Below the pieces are notes generated by a model. The model was given only the letters and a program-made list of their open reading frames with translations. It searched no databases and had not been told where the DNA came from. From the NCBI GenBank assembly GCA_963765495.1, contig CAVXWP010000003.1, positions 1-64,000 on the forward strand: a stretch of DNA of 64,000 bases, in the 5' to 3' direction. Both the position numbers and the translations under genes were made by a program. This DNA is from Blastocatellia bacterium (lineage in GTDB: Bacteria; Acidobacteriota; Blastocatellia; UBA7656). Positions 52,296 through 62,820 of the stretch are shown in pieces (position 1 is the stretch's first letter; each line of letters begins with the position of its first letter).

Positions 52296-52338
52296 GAGGG
52301 GCTAGAGAAAACATCCAGTCGCTAGCCTCTAGCCCCTC
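52296..52338. repeat. Intergenic inverted repeat between xfp and ackA
   Basis: GAGGGGCTAGAG ... CTCTAGCCCCTC. Confidence 0.55.
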
Positions 52339-52351
52339 TGTAAGGTTTATT

Positions 52352-53599
52352 ATGAACGTATTGATTCTCAATTGCGGCAGCTCGACGGTCAAGTTCCAAC
52401 TCATCGCCACAGACCTCGACGAGATCAGCCGCAACGCCGACCGCCGATTGGCGCGTGGTGTCATCGAACGCATCGGCGGCGAAGCTATCATTACTACGAA
52501 AGTCGAAGGCCGCGCCCAGCAACGCTCGACCGCTTCCTTGCATGATATGCGCGCCGCCGTCGATTACATCATTCGCTGGGCTTCATCAGAGGCCGCAGGC
52601 ATCGAGGGCATCCGCGGCGTGGCAGACATTCACGCCGTCGGCCACCGTGTCGTCCACGGCGGGGAGCGCTTCACGCATTCCGTGCTTATCACCGACGAAG
52701 TGCTCGACGGCATCGAAGATATGATCGAGCTTGCGCCGCTTCACAACCCCGCCAACATCAAAGGCATTCAGGCGGCCAGAGACCTGTTCGGGCCGGGCCT
52801 GCCGCAGGTCGCCGTCTTTGACACGGCGTTTCATCAAACGCTTCTCGAACGCGCTTACCTCTACGCAATTCCCTATCAGTTTTATCGCCGCTACAAGGTG
52901 CGGCGCTATGGCTTTCACGGCACCTCGCATCGTTACGTCGCCTATCGCTACCGGATGCTGCGCGGCCTGACGCGCGAAGAAACGAACGTTATCACTCTGC
53001 ACCTCGGCAACGGTTGCTCGGCGGCGGCGATCAAGAACGGCGACTCGCTAGACACCTCGATGGGCATGACGCCGCTCGAAGGCCTGGTGATGGGCACGCG
53101 CGCGGGCGACATTGACCCGGCCATCATTGACTTCCTCGCCGTCAAAGAGGGACTGTCCATCCAACAGATCGAAGCCATGTTGAACAAGCAGTCGGGACTG
53201 ATCGGCATATCGGGACTGACGAATGACATGCGCGAGCTGCTCGAAGAGGCTCATGAAAATAACGACCGCCGCGCGCGTCTGGCGATTGAGATTTTCTGCT
53301 ACCGGGCGCGCAAATACATCGGCGCATATCTCGCTGCGATGGGCGGGGCGGACGCGGTCGTCTTCACGGGCGGCATCGGCGAGAACGCGCCGGAGATTCG
53401 CGGGCTGATCTGCGAAGGCTTTGAGTGGGCCGGCCTTGAGTTGGACGGGGAACGCAACGCGAGTTGCACGGGCGGGCGTGAAGGCTTGATCAGCACCGAC
53501 GCGTCGCGGCTGGCAGCCTACACGATTCCGACCGACGAAGAGTTATTGATTGCGCGCGACACCGTACGCTCGGTGCGCGGCGCGCCGCAACAGTATTAG
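52352..53599 (+). CDS. ackA: Acetate kinase
   Basis: [42 protein letters not shown]. Confidence 0.97.
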   Translation: MNVLILNCGSSTVKFQLIATDLDEISRNADRRLARGVIERIGGEAIITTKVEGRAQQRSTASLHDMRAAVDYIIRWASSEAAGIEGIRGVADIHAVGHRVVHGGERFTHSVLITDEVLDGIEDMIELAPLHNPANIKGIQAARDLFGPGLPQVAVFDTAFHQTLLERAYLYAIPYQFYRRYKVRRYGFHGTSHRYVAYRYRMLRGLTREETNVITLHLGNGCSAAAIKNGDSLDTSMGMTPLEGLVMGTRAGDIDPAIIDFLAVKEGLSIQQIEAMLNKQSGLIGISGLTNDMRELLEEAHENNDRRARLAIEIFCYRARKYIGAYLAAMGGADAVVFTGGIGENAPEIRGLICEGFEWAGLELDGERNASCTGGREGLISTDASRLAAYTIPTDEELLIARDTVRSVRGAPQQY

Positions 53600-53655
53600 A
53601 TCGAGTCTCATGGTCAGGGCTTTAACCGACGGAGAACTCAAATAGGAGTAACGCA

Positions 53656-56169
53656 ATGAAAGCGGAAAAACAAAATAGATCCGTTACCGCCACCTCGATG
53701 GAATCCGACATATCGAAGCTCATGGAGCAATACGGCAGCGGGTCGGTTCAGTTTACCAAGGCCGACGATGCGCTTTACGAGCGGCACCTCGTCTTTGACA
53801 ACGTTATGGAAAGGACGACGATCCGCGCCCGCGAGCGTTTTGAGGCCTTCGCCCGCTCCGTGCGCGATGTTCTCTCGCAGAGATGGGTGCATACGGAGAC
53901 GACTTACCAGCGCGAGAATGCGAAGCGCGTTTATTATCTCTCGATGGAGTTTCTCCTCGGCCGCTCGTTGGCCAACAACATCACCAACCTTCTGCTCGCC
54001 CCGATCGTGAAGGAAGTGCTCAAGCGGGAGAACCTCGATTGGCATGAATTGCTGGAGCAGGAGCCCGACGCGGGGCTGGGTAATGGCGGCCTCGGACGCC
54101 TGGCGGCCTGCTTCCTCGACTCGATGGCGACGATGCAAATCCCGGCCATGGGTTATGGCCTGCGCTACGAATACGGCATCTTCAAACAAGCCATCCAGGA
54201 TGGCTGGCAACAGGAACTGCCCGACAACTGGCTCCGTCGACCCGACCCATGGGAAGTTGCGCGTCCATATGAGAGCGTGGAAGTGAGGCTCAATTGCTCG
54301 TTCGAGTTGAGCGGCGGGACCTTGCAGCCGGTCGTTGGCCGGCCTACCAGGTTGATCGGCATTCCGTTCGATCGTCCCGTAGTAGGTTACGGCGGCAAGA
54401 CCATCAACACATTGCGTCTCTGGGCCGCGGCCGCGCACGATTACTTCAATTTTCAAGAATTCAGTAGCGGCGATTTCGTCGGCGCGCTGGCCGAGACGCT
54501 CAAGGCCGAATCGCTGACCCGTGTGTTGTATCCCGACGACCACACCCCTATGGGGCAGGGATTGCGCTTTGTGCAGGAGTATTTTCTCGTCGCCTGCTCG
54601 CTGGCCGATCTGGTGCGGCGGTTCCGGGCCAGCAACCTCGACTGGGGCGCGCTTCCCCGTCAAGTCGCCATACAGCTCAACGACACGCATCCGACGATGG
54701 CGGTCCCGGAGCTGATGCGAATTCTGCTCGACGAAGCGCATCTCGGCTGGGACGAGGCCTGGCAGATCACACAAAAGACTCTCTGCTACACTAACCACAC
54801 GCTGCTCCCCGAGGCGCTTGAGAAATGGCCGCTCGCTCATTTTGAGCTGATGCTGCCGCGCCAATTGGAGATCATCCTCGAGATCAATCGCCGCCTGCTT
54901 GACGAGGTCCGCACACGGCATCCGGGCGACGAGGGCCGCATCAAGCGCGTGAGCCTAGTGGAGGAAGGCCCAACCAGGCAGGTCCGCATGGCCAACCTGG
55001 CTATCGTCGGCTCGCACAGCACCAACGGCGTCGCCGAGATTCACTCTCGGCTGCTGAGGACGACGACCGTTAAGGAACTCGCCGAGATGTTTCCCGAGCG
55101 TTTCAGCAACAAGACCAACGGGGTCACGCCGCGCCGCTGGCTGCTGATGGCGAACCCGGCGCTTACGCGCACGATTACCGACGCCATAGGCAATGGCTGG
55201 GTGACCGATCTCAGCCAGTTAGAAATGCTCAAACCTATGGCCGACGACCAGGCGTTATGTAACGCCTTTCTAAAGGCTAAACGCGAGGCCAAGTTGCAAT
55301 TTGCCGATTGGCTCAAGCAGACGACCGGCGAAACCATAGACCCGGACAGTATCTTTGATTGCCAGATCAAGCGCATACATGAATACAAGCGCCAACTGCT
55401 GAACGCGCTCCGGATCGTGGTGCTTTATAACTGGCTGCGGGAGAACCCGAATCTCGATATGGCGCCGCGAACCTTCTTCTTCTCCGGCAAGGCGGCACCC
55501 GCCTATCAGTTGGCTAAGGTTGTCATCAAGTTTATCAACAACCTCGCCAGCACCATCGACCGCGACCCGACGGTCCGCCGCCGGCTCAAGGTTCTGTTCC
55601 TGCCCGACTATTGTGTATCACTGGCAGAGCGACTGATCCCCGCGAGTGATGTCTCTAACCAGATCTCGACCGCCGGCTACGAAGCCAGCGGCACGAGCAA
55701 CATGAAGTTTATGATGAACGGCGCGCTGACGATCGGGACGCGCGACGGCGCGACCATCGAGATGGCAGAGGAAGCAGGCGAAGAGAATTTCTTCCTCTTC
55801 GGCCTCACCGCGGAACAGGTGGCCGCCAGCCGCGGCTGGTACAACCCGCACTGGCACTATGACAACGAGCCGGAGACGCGTGCGGCGCTGGACCTCATCT
55901 TCTCCGACCACTTCGGCCGCAATCAGCCGGGCGTCTTTGCTCCGCTCGGTGACGCGCTGTTGGACGGCGGCGACTACTATATGCATCTGGCGGATCTCAA
56001 ATCCTATCTGGAGGCGGACCAGCGGCTGCGCGACTTATATGCCGAACCCAACGCCTGGGCGCGCAAGGCGATTTTGAATGTGGCCGGCTCCGGAAAATTC
56101 TCCAGCGACCGCACGATTGCCGAATATGCAGCCGACATCTGGGACGTGAAGCCGTGTCCGGTGGAGTGA
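53656..56169 (+). CDS. glgP: Glycogen/maltodextrin phosphorylase
   Basis: GNGGLGRL, QLNDTHP, EASGTSNMKF (PLP lysine), FSSDRTI. Confidence 0.97.
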   Translation: MKAEKQNRSVTATSMESDISKLMEQYGSGSVQFTKADDALYERHLVFDNVMERTTIRARERFEAFARSVRDVLSQRWVHTETTYQRENAKRVYYLSMEFLLGRSLANNITNLLLAPIVKEVLKRENLDWHELLEQEPDAGLGNGGLGRLAACFLDSMATMQIPAMGYGLRYEYGIFKQAIQDGWQQELPDNWLRRPDPWEVARPYESVEVRLNCSFELSGGTLQPVVGRPTRLIGIPFDRPVVGYGGKTINTLRLWAAAAHDYFNFQEFSSGDFVGALAETLKAESLTRVLYPDDHTPMGQGLRFVQEYFLVACSLADLVRRFRASNLDWGALPRQVAIQLNDTHPTMAVPELMRILLDEAHLGWDEAWQITQKTLCYTNHTLLPEALEKWPLAHFELMLPRQLEIILEINRRLLDEVRTRHPGDEGRIKRVSLVEEGPTRQVRMANLAIVGSHSTNGVAEIHSRLLRTTTVKELAEMFPERFSNKTNGVTPRRWLLMANPALTRTITDAIGNGWVTDLSQLEMLKPMADDQALCNAFLKAKREAKLQFADWLKQTTGETIDPDSIFDCQIKRIHEYKRQLLNALRIVVLYNWLRENPNLDMAPRTFFFSGKAAPAYQLAKVVIKFINNLASTIDRDPTVRRRLKVLFLPDYCVSLAERLIPASDVSNQISTAGYEASGTSNMKFMMNGALTIGTRDGATIEMAEEAGEENFFLFGLTAEQVAASRGWYNPHWHYDNEPETRAALDLIFSDHFGRNQPGVFAPLGDALLDGGDYYMHLADLKSYLEADQRLRDLYAEPNAWARKAILNVAGSGKFSSDRTIAEYAADIWDVKPCPVE

Positions 56170-56262
56170 AGTCGCCGGCGAAAAGGGCGGAACCGATGTG
56201 CGAGCAGTTAGACATCGGGTTTCATATCTAGTTTTGGTCTGATCCTCGAAAGGAGACAACCC

Positions 56263-57927
56263 ATGCCGATTTCTCTACATGCAGGCAAGCCTGCCGACCG
56301 ATCGTTGCTGATCAACGTGCCCCGGCTGGTGAGAGCCTATTACACGGGGCAACCGGACCCGTCAGTCTCCACACAACGCGTCGTGTTTGGAACTTCCGGG
56401 CATCGCGGCTCCGCGCTCGACAACGCGTTCAATGAGGCGCACATCCTCGCTATCACGCAGGCGATTTGTCTCTATCGCAAGCAGCAGAGCATCGACGGAC
56501 CGCTCTACATTGGCGTCGATACGCACGCGCTTTCGGAGCCCGCTTTTGCCAGTGCCCTGGAGGTGCTGGCAGCGAACGAAGTCGAGGTGATGGTCGATGC
56601 GGACAACGGCTACACTCCTACCCCGGCAATCTCGCACGCGATTCTCACCTACAATCGCGGTCGCAAGCGCGGCCTCGCGGACGGCATCGTCATCACTCCC
56701 TCGCATAACCCGCCGCGCTTCGGCGGCTTCAAATACGATCCGCCCCACGGTGGACCCGCGGACACTCACGTCACCGGATGGATAGAACGACAGGCGAACG
56801 CCTTGATTGCCGACGGCCTGCGCGGGGTGACGAGAGTGCCGTTTGAACGTGCTCGGAGCGCTTCCACCGTTCATCCTCACCAGTACCTCGATTCCTATGT
56901 GCGCGATCTTGTGTCGGTGGTCGATCTTGAGGCCATCCGCGAGAGCAAGGTTCACATCGGCGTGGATCCGTTGGGCGGCGCAAGCCTCGCTTACTGGGAT
57001 GCGATTGGCGACCGCTACGGACTCAATCTGGAGGTCGTCAACCACGTCATCGATCCTACCTTCAGCTTCATGACGGTCGATTGGGACGGCCAGATCCGCA
57101 TGGACCCTTCGTCGGAATATGCGATGGCGCGCATGGTCGGCCTCAAGGAGCGATTCGACGTAGCCTTTGCCAGCGACACCGATGCCGATCGGCACGGAAT
57201 CGTGAGCCGCAGCCATGGGCTGATGGATCCGAACCACTATCTCTCTGTTGCGATCTCCTACCTGTTCGCCAACCGCCCGCAATGGTCGCGGTCTGTCGCC
57301 GTCGGCAAGACCGTCGTCAGCAGCTGTCTGATCGATCGCGTGGTGAAAAGGTTGGGCCTGCAGCTGACAGAAGTTCCGGTGGGGTTCAAGTGGTTCGTTG
57401 ACGGGCTGCTCGACGGCTCGCTCGGCTTCGCTGGCGAGGAGAGCGCGGGCGCCTCTTTCTTGCGGCGCGACGGGACGGTCTGGACGACGGACAAGGACGG
57501 CATCATCCCCGGCCTGCTCGCTGCCGAGATGACCTCCGTCACGGGACGCGACCCCGGCGAACTCTACCGGGAGGTGACGTGCGAGTTCGGCGAGCCCGTT
57601 TACGAGCGGATAGACGCGCCGGCCACACTCGAGCAGAAGGCGGTGCTGCATAAGCTTTCACCCGAACAGATCGAGGAGACGGAGGTGGCCGGCGAGAAGA
57701 TCATCGCGAAGCTCACGCGGGCACCTGGCAACGCCGCGCCGATCGGCGGACTGAAGATCATTACGGAGAACGGATGGTTCGCGGTGCGCCCGTCGGGCAC
57801 CGAGGACGTTTACAAGATCTATGCCGAGAGTTTTCGCGGTCGCGAGCATCTGCGCCGAATTCAGGAAGAGGCCCGGCAGATCGTTGACAGAGTCTTTGCC
57901 GCCGCGGCGAAGCGCACGGGGGCATAA
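56263..57927 (+). CDS. pgm: Phosphoglucomutase
   Basis: FGTSGHRG, TPSHNP, DTDADR, GEESAG, RPSGTE. Confidence 0.97.
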   Translation: MPISLHAGKPADRSLLINVPRLVRAYYTGQPDPSVSTQRVVFGTSGHRGSALDNAFNEAHILAITQAICLYRKQQSIDGPLYIGVDTHALSEPAFASALEVLAANEVEVMVDADNGYTPTPAISHAILTYNRGRKRGLADGIVITPSHNPPRFGGFKYDPPHGGPADTHVTGWIERQANALIADGLRGVTRVPFERARSASTVHPHQYLDSYVRDLVSVVDLEAIRESKVHIGVDPLGGASLAYWDAIGDRYGLNLEVVNHVIDPTFSFMTVDWDGQIRMDPSSEYAMARMVGLKERFDVAFASDTDADRHGIVSRSHGLMDPNHYLSVAISYLFANRPQWSRSVAVGKTVVSSCLIDRVVKRLGLQLTEVPVGFKWFVDGLLDGSLGFAGEESAGASFLRRDGTVWTTDKDGIIPGLLAAEMTSVTGRDPGELYREVTCEFGEPVYERIDAPATLEQKAVLHKLSPEQIEETEVAGEKIIAKLTRAPGNAAPIGGLKIITENGWFAVRPSGTEDVYKIYAESFRGREHLRRIQEEARQIVDRVFAAAAKRTGA

Positions 57928-58068
57928 GAACATGATGCCGCAGCAAATGCACTCGATATGGCTGAAGCCAGACGTTGACGGGTTCGACACGCTCGGTGAT
58001 TTAGCGCACAAAGCGGACGCGCTCTTCCCGCTCGAAGCGGCTCAGATATTGTGGCAGAGGTAAACGTC

Positions 58069-60150
58069 ATGAGCCATTCTTTAATTGAAGTGGATATGGA
58101 ATTGGGAAAGAGCTTCCCCCTGGGGGCGACTTGCCGAGCGGACGGCGTCAGCTTCAGCGTCTATTCCAAAGACGGCACGGCGGTCGAACTGCTCCTGTTC
58201 GACCAGGCCGACGACGCGCGCCCGTCGCGCTCGATCCTCCTCAACCCGGCTAAGCACCGGACCTATTACTACTGGCACATCTTTGTCCCCGGCCTGCGGG
58301 CGGGGCAGATCTACGGCTACCGCGTCGCTGGCCCCTACGAGCCGGAAAGAGGCTTTCGTTTCGACCCCGGCAAGGTGCTACTCGATCCCTACGGAAAGGG
58401 TGTAGTCACGCCCGCGAGCTACAGCCGGCTCGCCGCCGCCGAGCCGGGAGAGAACACCGCCACGGCGATGAAGAGTGTGGTAGTCGACCCCGGCCAGTTT
58501 GACTGGGAGGGCGATGCCCCGCCCCGCCACCCATGGGCCAAGACCGTCATCTACGAAATGCACGTCGGTGGGTTCACCCGCCACCCGAGTTCCGGCGTCG
58601 CGCCCGACAAGCGCGGCACCTACATCGGTCTGATCGAGAAGATCCCGTACCTACAGGGGCTGGGCGTCACGGCCGTCGAGCTGATGCCCGTCTTTCAATT
58701 CGACGAGCAGGACGCCCCGCCGGGGTTAAAAAACTACTGGGGATACCAGCCGGTCTCCTTCTTTGCGCCGCACTCCGGCTACAGCCTGCGCAAAGACCCG
58801 CTCGGCCCTGTGGACGAGTTCCGCGAGATGGTCAAGGCCCTGCACCGCGCAGGGCTGGAGGTCATCCTCGATGTGGTCTATAACCACACGGCAGAGGGCG
58901 GTGAGTCGGGGCCGACGCTCTGCTTCCGCGGCTTTGATAACGACCTTTACTACTTTCTCGAAAGAGACCGCTCGCGCTACTCGGACTACACGGGTGCAGG
59001 TAACACTCTCAACACGAACCGCTCGGTCGTTCGCCGGATGATCCTCGACAGCCTTCGCTACTGGGTCCAGGAGATGCGTGTGGACGGTTTCCGCTTCGAC
59101 CTGGCCTCGATCCTCGCGCGCGATGAGACGGGCCGTCCGATGCAGGACCCGCCCGCCATCTGGGACATAGAGACCGACCCGGTGCTGGCCGGGACGAAGC
59201 TGATCGCCGAGGCCTGGGACGCGGCGGGTCTCTATCAGGTCGGCAGTTTCGTCGGCGACGCGTGGAAGGAGTGGAACGGGAAGTTTCGTGACGACATCCG
59301 CAGCTTCTTGAAGGGCGACAACGGGATCGTCACCCAACTCCCGCACCGTCTTTTCGCCAGTCCCGACGTCTTCGCAGGCGAAAAGTGGGGGCAAAAACGG
59401 AGCGTCAATTTCGTGACCTGCCACGACGGGTTTACGCTGATCGATCTGGTCTCGTACAACGTCAAGCAGAACGAGAGCAACAGGGAGTGGAACCGTGACG
59501 GCACGGACGATAATCTGAGCTGGAACTGCGGCGTCGAGGGGCCGTCAGAAGACCCGAGCATCGAGGCGCTGCGCAACCGTCAGGTGAAGAACTTCTTCAC
59601 CCTCACCCTGCTGGCCGGGGGCACGCCGATGATCCTGATGGGCGACGAGGTGCGGCGCACTCAGCGCGGCAACAACAATGCCTACTGCCACGACGACGAG
59701 ACGAGCTGGTTCGACTGGACGCTGCTGGAACGGCACGGCGACGTGCATCGCTTCGTCGAGCGGCTTGTCGCCGACCGCCTGCACCTGGCCGACCAGCTAC
59801 GCTGGCACGACTGTCAAACGCTGGCGGATTTTCTACGTGAGGCTCACATTCAATTTCATGGCGTCAAACTTGATCAGCCGGATTGGAGCCACCAGTCTCA
59901 CAGCTTCGCCTTCACGGCGCGGGAGCCGTTGGGCGGGATGTTTCACCTCATGGTGAACGCCTACTGGGGGGCGCTCGCGTTCGAACTACCGGCGACAGAG
60001 GAAGACTGGGGGTGGCGGCGGTGGATAGACACGTCACTGGCGTCGCCAGAAGATATCTGCGAGGGTGTGGAAGCGCCGCCCGTCGCCGGCCCGACCTATT
60101 TAGTCCAGCCTCATTCGATAGCGTGCCTGTTCGCTCAAGCCTCCGGCTGA
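58069..60150 (+). CDS. glgX: Glycogen debranching enzyme (isoamylase, GH13)
   Basis: NYWGY, DVVYNHT, DGFRFDLA, IAEAWD, CHDGFTL, GNNNAYC. Confidence 0.96.
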   Translation: MSHSLIEVDMELGKSFPLGATCRADGVSFSVYSKDGTAVELLLFDQADDARPSRSILLNPAKHRTYYYWHIFVPGLRAGQIYGYRVAGPYEPERGFRFDPGKVLLDPYGKGVVTPASYSRLAAAEPGENTATAMKSVVVDPGQFDWEGDAPPRHPWAKTVIYEMHVGGFTRHPSSGVAPDKRGTYIGLIEKIPYLQGLGVTAVELMPVFQFDEQDAPPGLKNYWGYQPVSFFAPHSGYSLRKDPLGPVDEFREMVKALHRAGLEVILDVVYNHTAEGGESGPTLCFRGFDNDLYYFLERDRSRYSDYTGAGNTLNTNRSVVRRMILDSLRYWVQEMRVDGFRFDLASILARDETGRPMQDPPAIWDIETDPVLAGTKLIAEAWDAAGLYQVGSFVGDAWKEWNGKFRDDIRSFLKGDNGIVTQLPHRLFASPDVFAGEKWGQKRSVNFVTCHDGFTLIDLVSYNVKQNESNREWNRDGTDDNLSWNCGVEGPSEDPSIEALRNRQVKNFFTLTLLAGGTPMILMGDEVRRTQRGNNNAYCHDDETSWFDWTLLERHGDVHRFVERLVADRLHLADQLRWHDCQTLADFLREAHIQFHGVKLDQPDWSHQSHSFAFTAREPLGGMFHLMVNAYWGALAFELPATEEDWGWRRWIDTSLASPEDICEGVEAPPVAGPTYLVQPHSIACLFAQASG

Positions 60151-60662
60151 AAGGGCGGTCACGCGGACTGACACGTTGGCGGCCCGGCCAGGCGGGACAC
60201 ACTCGGGCATTTCACAACGTGAAGGCGGCTTGTAGAAGCCGCCAAGATATGATTCAAGATGCCGATGGCTGCGCCTGATGATCGTTAAGAAATGCCCTCT
60301 TTCATACCTCCTCAGCCACTTTATAGTTCAAACCTCAGCCATTATATGATTCCACCCACAGCCGTTCATAAAAATGTGTTTGAGCCAGTTTGACCTAATC
60401 CAGATTTCAGCGTTATGAGGTTATTTGAACCTGATGCAACCATTCCCAACGCGAGCCTGTCTGTGAAAGGTTATCTAGCTGCTGACTGGTTCCAGGAAAG
60501 AGAAGGTAGCCGGTAGCAAAAGCTTAGAACGGGCCAACAGGTTGACGCATTGATCAATTCTAATGGTCTGCTGTCTCAAGTCCCAGAAGTTTGTGTGTTG
60601 CGCTAGGGTTCGGATCGCCGTACGGTTATAGATGAGACAGCACCGAAGGAGTTGAAACAATA

Positions 60663-61322
60663 ATGGAACATTCAAGAAGCTATCTGCCCGCGGCTGGCCA
60701 CGATTGGTTTCTGCCGCTCTATGATCCGATAGTGAGCTTGCTTGGCGGCAGTGCGGCCAGAAAGACGCTCCTCGATCAAGCGAACATACAGCCCGGTCAT
60801 CGAGTCCTAGACATCGGCTGTGGCACGGGCACTCTGGTCACGCTGATTAAGCAGCTTCATCCTGAGGTCGAAGTGGTCGGACTCGATCCCGATCCGAAGG
60901 CGCTCGCCCGAGCAAGAGGCAAGGCGGAACGAGCGTCTGTCTCCATCTTGTTCGACCAGGGGTTTGCCGATGAGCTTCCGTATTGCGAAGCGTCATTTGA
61001 TCGAGTCTTTTCCTCGTTCATGTTTCATCATCTAGAGCATGACGACAAGGAGAATACCCTGCGAGCGGTCAGGCAAGTCCTCAGACCGGGCGGTTCATTT
61101 CACCTTCTCGATTTTGGAGGGCCGGAGTCTGGAGTGACGGGCTTGCTGGCGCGATTGTTCCACTCCAGCCACCGACTGAGCGACAACTCCGAGAGCCGAA
61201 TACTCGGCCTAATGAGCCGTGTCGGGTTTGCAAACCCCAAAAAGGTCAGCCCGGGAGCCATGCTTTTGGGCCTCATGCGAATTGATTACTACCAGGCATC
61301 AGCGTCTACCTTTGATAGATGA
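60663..61322 (+). CDS. Class I SAM-dependent methyltransferase
   Basis: VLDIGCGTG, FDRVFSS, LRPGG. Confidence 0.92.
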   Translation: MEHSRSYLPAAGHDWFLPLYDPIVSLLGGSAARKTLLDQANIQPGHRVLDIGCGTGTLVTLIKQLHPEVEVVGLDPDPKALARARGKAERASVSILFDQGFADELPYCEASFDRVFSSFMFHHLEHDDKENTLRAVRQVLRPGGSFHLLDFGGPESGVTGLLARLFHSSHRLSDNSESRILGLMSRVGFANPKKVSPGAMLLGLMRIDYYQASASTFDR

Positions 61323-61525
61323 TTCGATCTTTGTGGATCAAGTGAGCCAACGTGCAGAAGTAAGGTCTCTTCAACTTCATCGCGCACGGCTTCGGCCAGC
61401 ACTAATCGGCAGACTCGCGATGCACACAATGAAAGAACCGCTTTATCGAGCCCCCACCTGGCTACAATCCCACCAGTCAGCACATTAGAATCAAGAAAGA
61501 GCCGGGCGCGTCGTCCCTTACTCAA
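61289..61525 (-). pseudogene. PIN-domain toxin, C-terminally truncated
   Basis: RLFLDSNVL..DEVE N-terminal motifs; only 78 aa and runs into the convergent methyltransferase gene. Confidence 0.75.
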
Positions 61526-61860
61526 CGCCGCTTACCTTTTTTCATCGCCGTAGCTTCGCTGGCGACCTTTGGATATCGACGTGCAAAGACACGCTGTCGG
61601 GCCTCAGGCAGCGTACGCTGTAGATCGGCTTCACTGATGTTTAACCCCTCCAGCGCTAGACTGATCGAATTGCATAAGGCATCAAACCGCGTTTGCTCTG
61701 GCATTAAAATAAGACCGTCGCCGACCCTGAGCACTGCCACCGGCGCGCCTGGCTCTAACTGAATAGCATCGCGGTACTCTTTAGGCAGGGTTAATTGCCC
61801 CTTCTCACCCATACGAGTAGTAGTAAGATACTCCACCAGCGGAACAGCTTCAGTAGACAT
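61522..61860 (-). CDS. AbrB/MazE-type antitoxin
   Basis: TTRMGEKGQLTLPKEYRDAIQLEPG; overlaps the PIN gene start. Confidence 0.88.
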   Translation of the reverse strand: MSTEAVPLVEYLTTTRMGEKGQLTLPKEYRDAIQLEPGAPVAVLRVGDGLILMPEQTRFDALCNSISLALEGLNISEADLQRTLPEARQRVFARRYPKVASEATAMKKGKRR

Positions 61861-61891
61861 ACACAAGCATTCCCTTCCTTAAATTCTCGAC

Positions 61892-61910
61892 CAGTAGGAA
61901 ATTCCTACTG
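61892..61910. promoter_or_regulatory. Palindromic operator upstream of the AbrB-PIN module
   Basis: CAGTAGGAA-A-TTCCTACTG. Confidence 0.65.
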
Positions 61911-61970
61911 TACCGGATTTAGAGTACTTAGATGGGTAGAACAAATCTCCCTTCAGACAATAGGCTTTAT

Positions 61971-62445
61971 TCATCTTCCAAGAATCTTCTCTAAGCGTTC
62001 GGTTGCACTTTTTTGCATGGTCGGGAGGCAATGCAAATATGTATCAAGCGTTAGAACAATGCTTGCGTGGCCCAGCCGCTCGCTCACAACTTTAGGGTTC
62101 TCGCCTGCGGCAAGCAGTAGCGTAGCGCAAGAGTGCCTCAAATCGTAAAGGCGAATATCGGGCACGCCTACTTTAACAAGAAGTGGCTTGAAATGCCTGC
62201 CCTGAAGATTTCTGATTGAAATGATTGTACCTGTCTCTTAGGTGAAGACAAGGTTATGCTCATTCCTAAACCTATCTCCCATTCCCAGCCTCTGTTCAAG
62301 CTGGTGTTTCCTATGCTCCTGAAGCTTCCGCATAAGGTGAGCAGGAAGGGGGACTATGCGCCTGCTCTTACTTGTCTTGGGCTCTGCAAAATAGACCGCC
62401 TTCGTCCACCTCTCCCATACCACGACTCTTTGAACGCTAACAGTA
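61971..62445 (-). pseudogene. Tyrosine integrase C-terminal relic
   Basis: PKTSKSRR..VFT*ETG..YDLRHSCAT..ERLGHASIVLTLDTY; in-frame stop at 62238-62240; N-terminus missing. Confidence 0.9.
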
Positions 62446-62571
62446 TAATTAGGGCGAATGTGAAGCCTCAAAATGTTTACATTTCGATGGATTCCTGTGG
62501 TCTTCTACTAACTTCTGCCACAAATATGCCACAAGGCTTTCGCGTGGCAATGGGTTTGAATCTTGACCCCC

Positions 62572-62590
62572 TGTCCTACATAGTAGGACA
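62572..62590. promoter_or_regulatory. Palindromic TA operator inside a sigma-70-like promoter
   Basis: TGTCCTAC-ATA-GTAGGACA between TTGACC and GACAAT, ahead of a HigB-like start. Confidence 0.65.
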
Positions 62591-62601
62591 ATGATCTTCT
62601 G

Positions 62602-62820
62602 GTGTCAGAACTCGAATACTACACCTTCATCGAGACCCCTGTCTTCACCAGGCAGATTGACAGCAAGGCATCGCTCGATGTGCTGTACGCGACCGCCGAA
62701 CGGCAATTGATCGGCGAGCGCCACAACATCTTCAGCGGGACTTCCATCGGCTTCACCGAAGCGCCGCACCTGTACAAGCGCAAAGGCTATTACTACCTGA
62801 TCGCGGCGGAGGGCGGCCGG
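62602..62820 (+). pseudogene. Chimeric scar: RelE/HigB-like toxin N-terminus fused to a GH43 glycosidase fragment
   Basis: YTFIETPVFTRQID followed by ERHNIFSGTSIGFTEAPHLYKRKGYYYLIAAEGG. Confidence 0.75.

Noticed and set aside
41810-59424. Long antisense ORFs (41810-43495, 44243-45331, 53638-54921, 56362-57651, 58726-59424)
   Set aside because: Expected shadows of GC-rich coding strands of well-supported genes.
60151-60662. AT-richer intergenic stretch as ncRNA or gene relic
   Set aside because: No structure or peptide motif that I can support.
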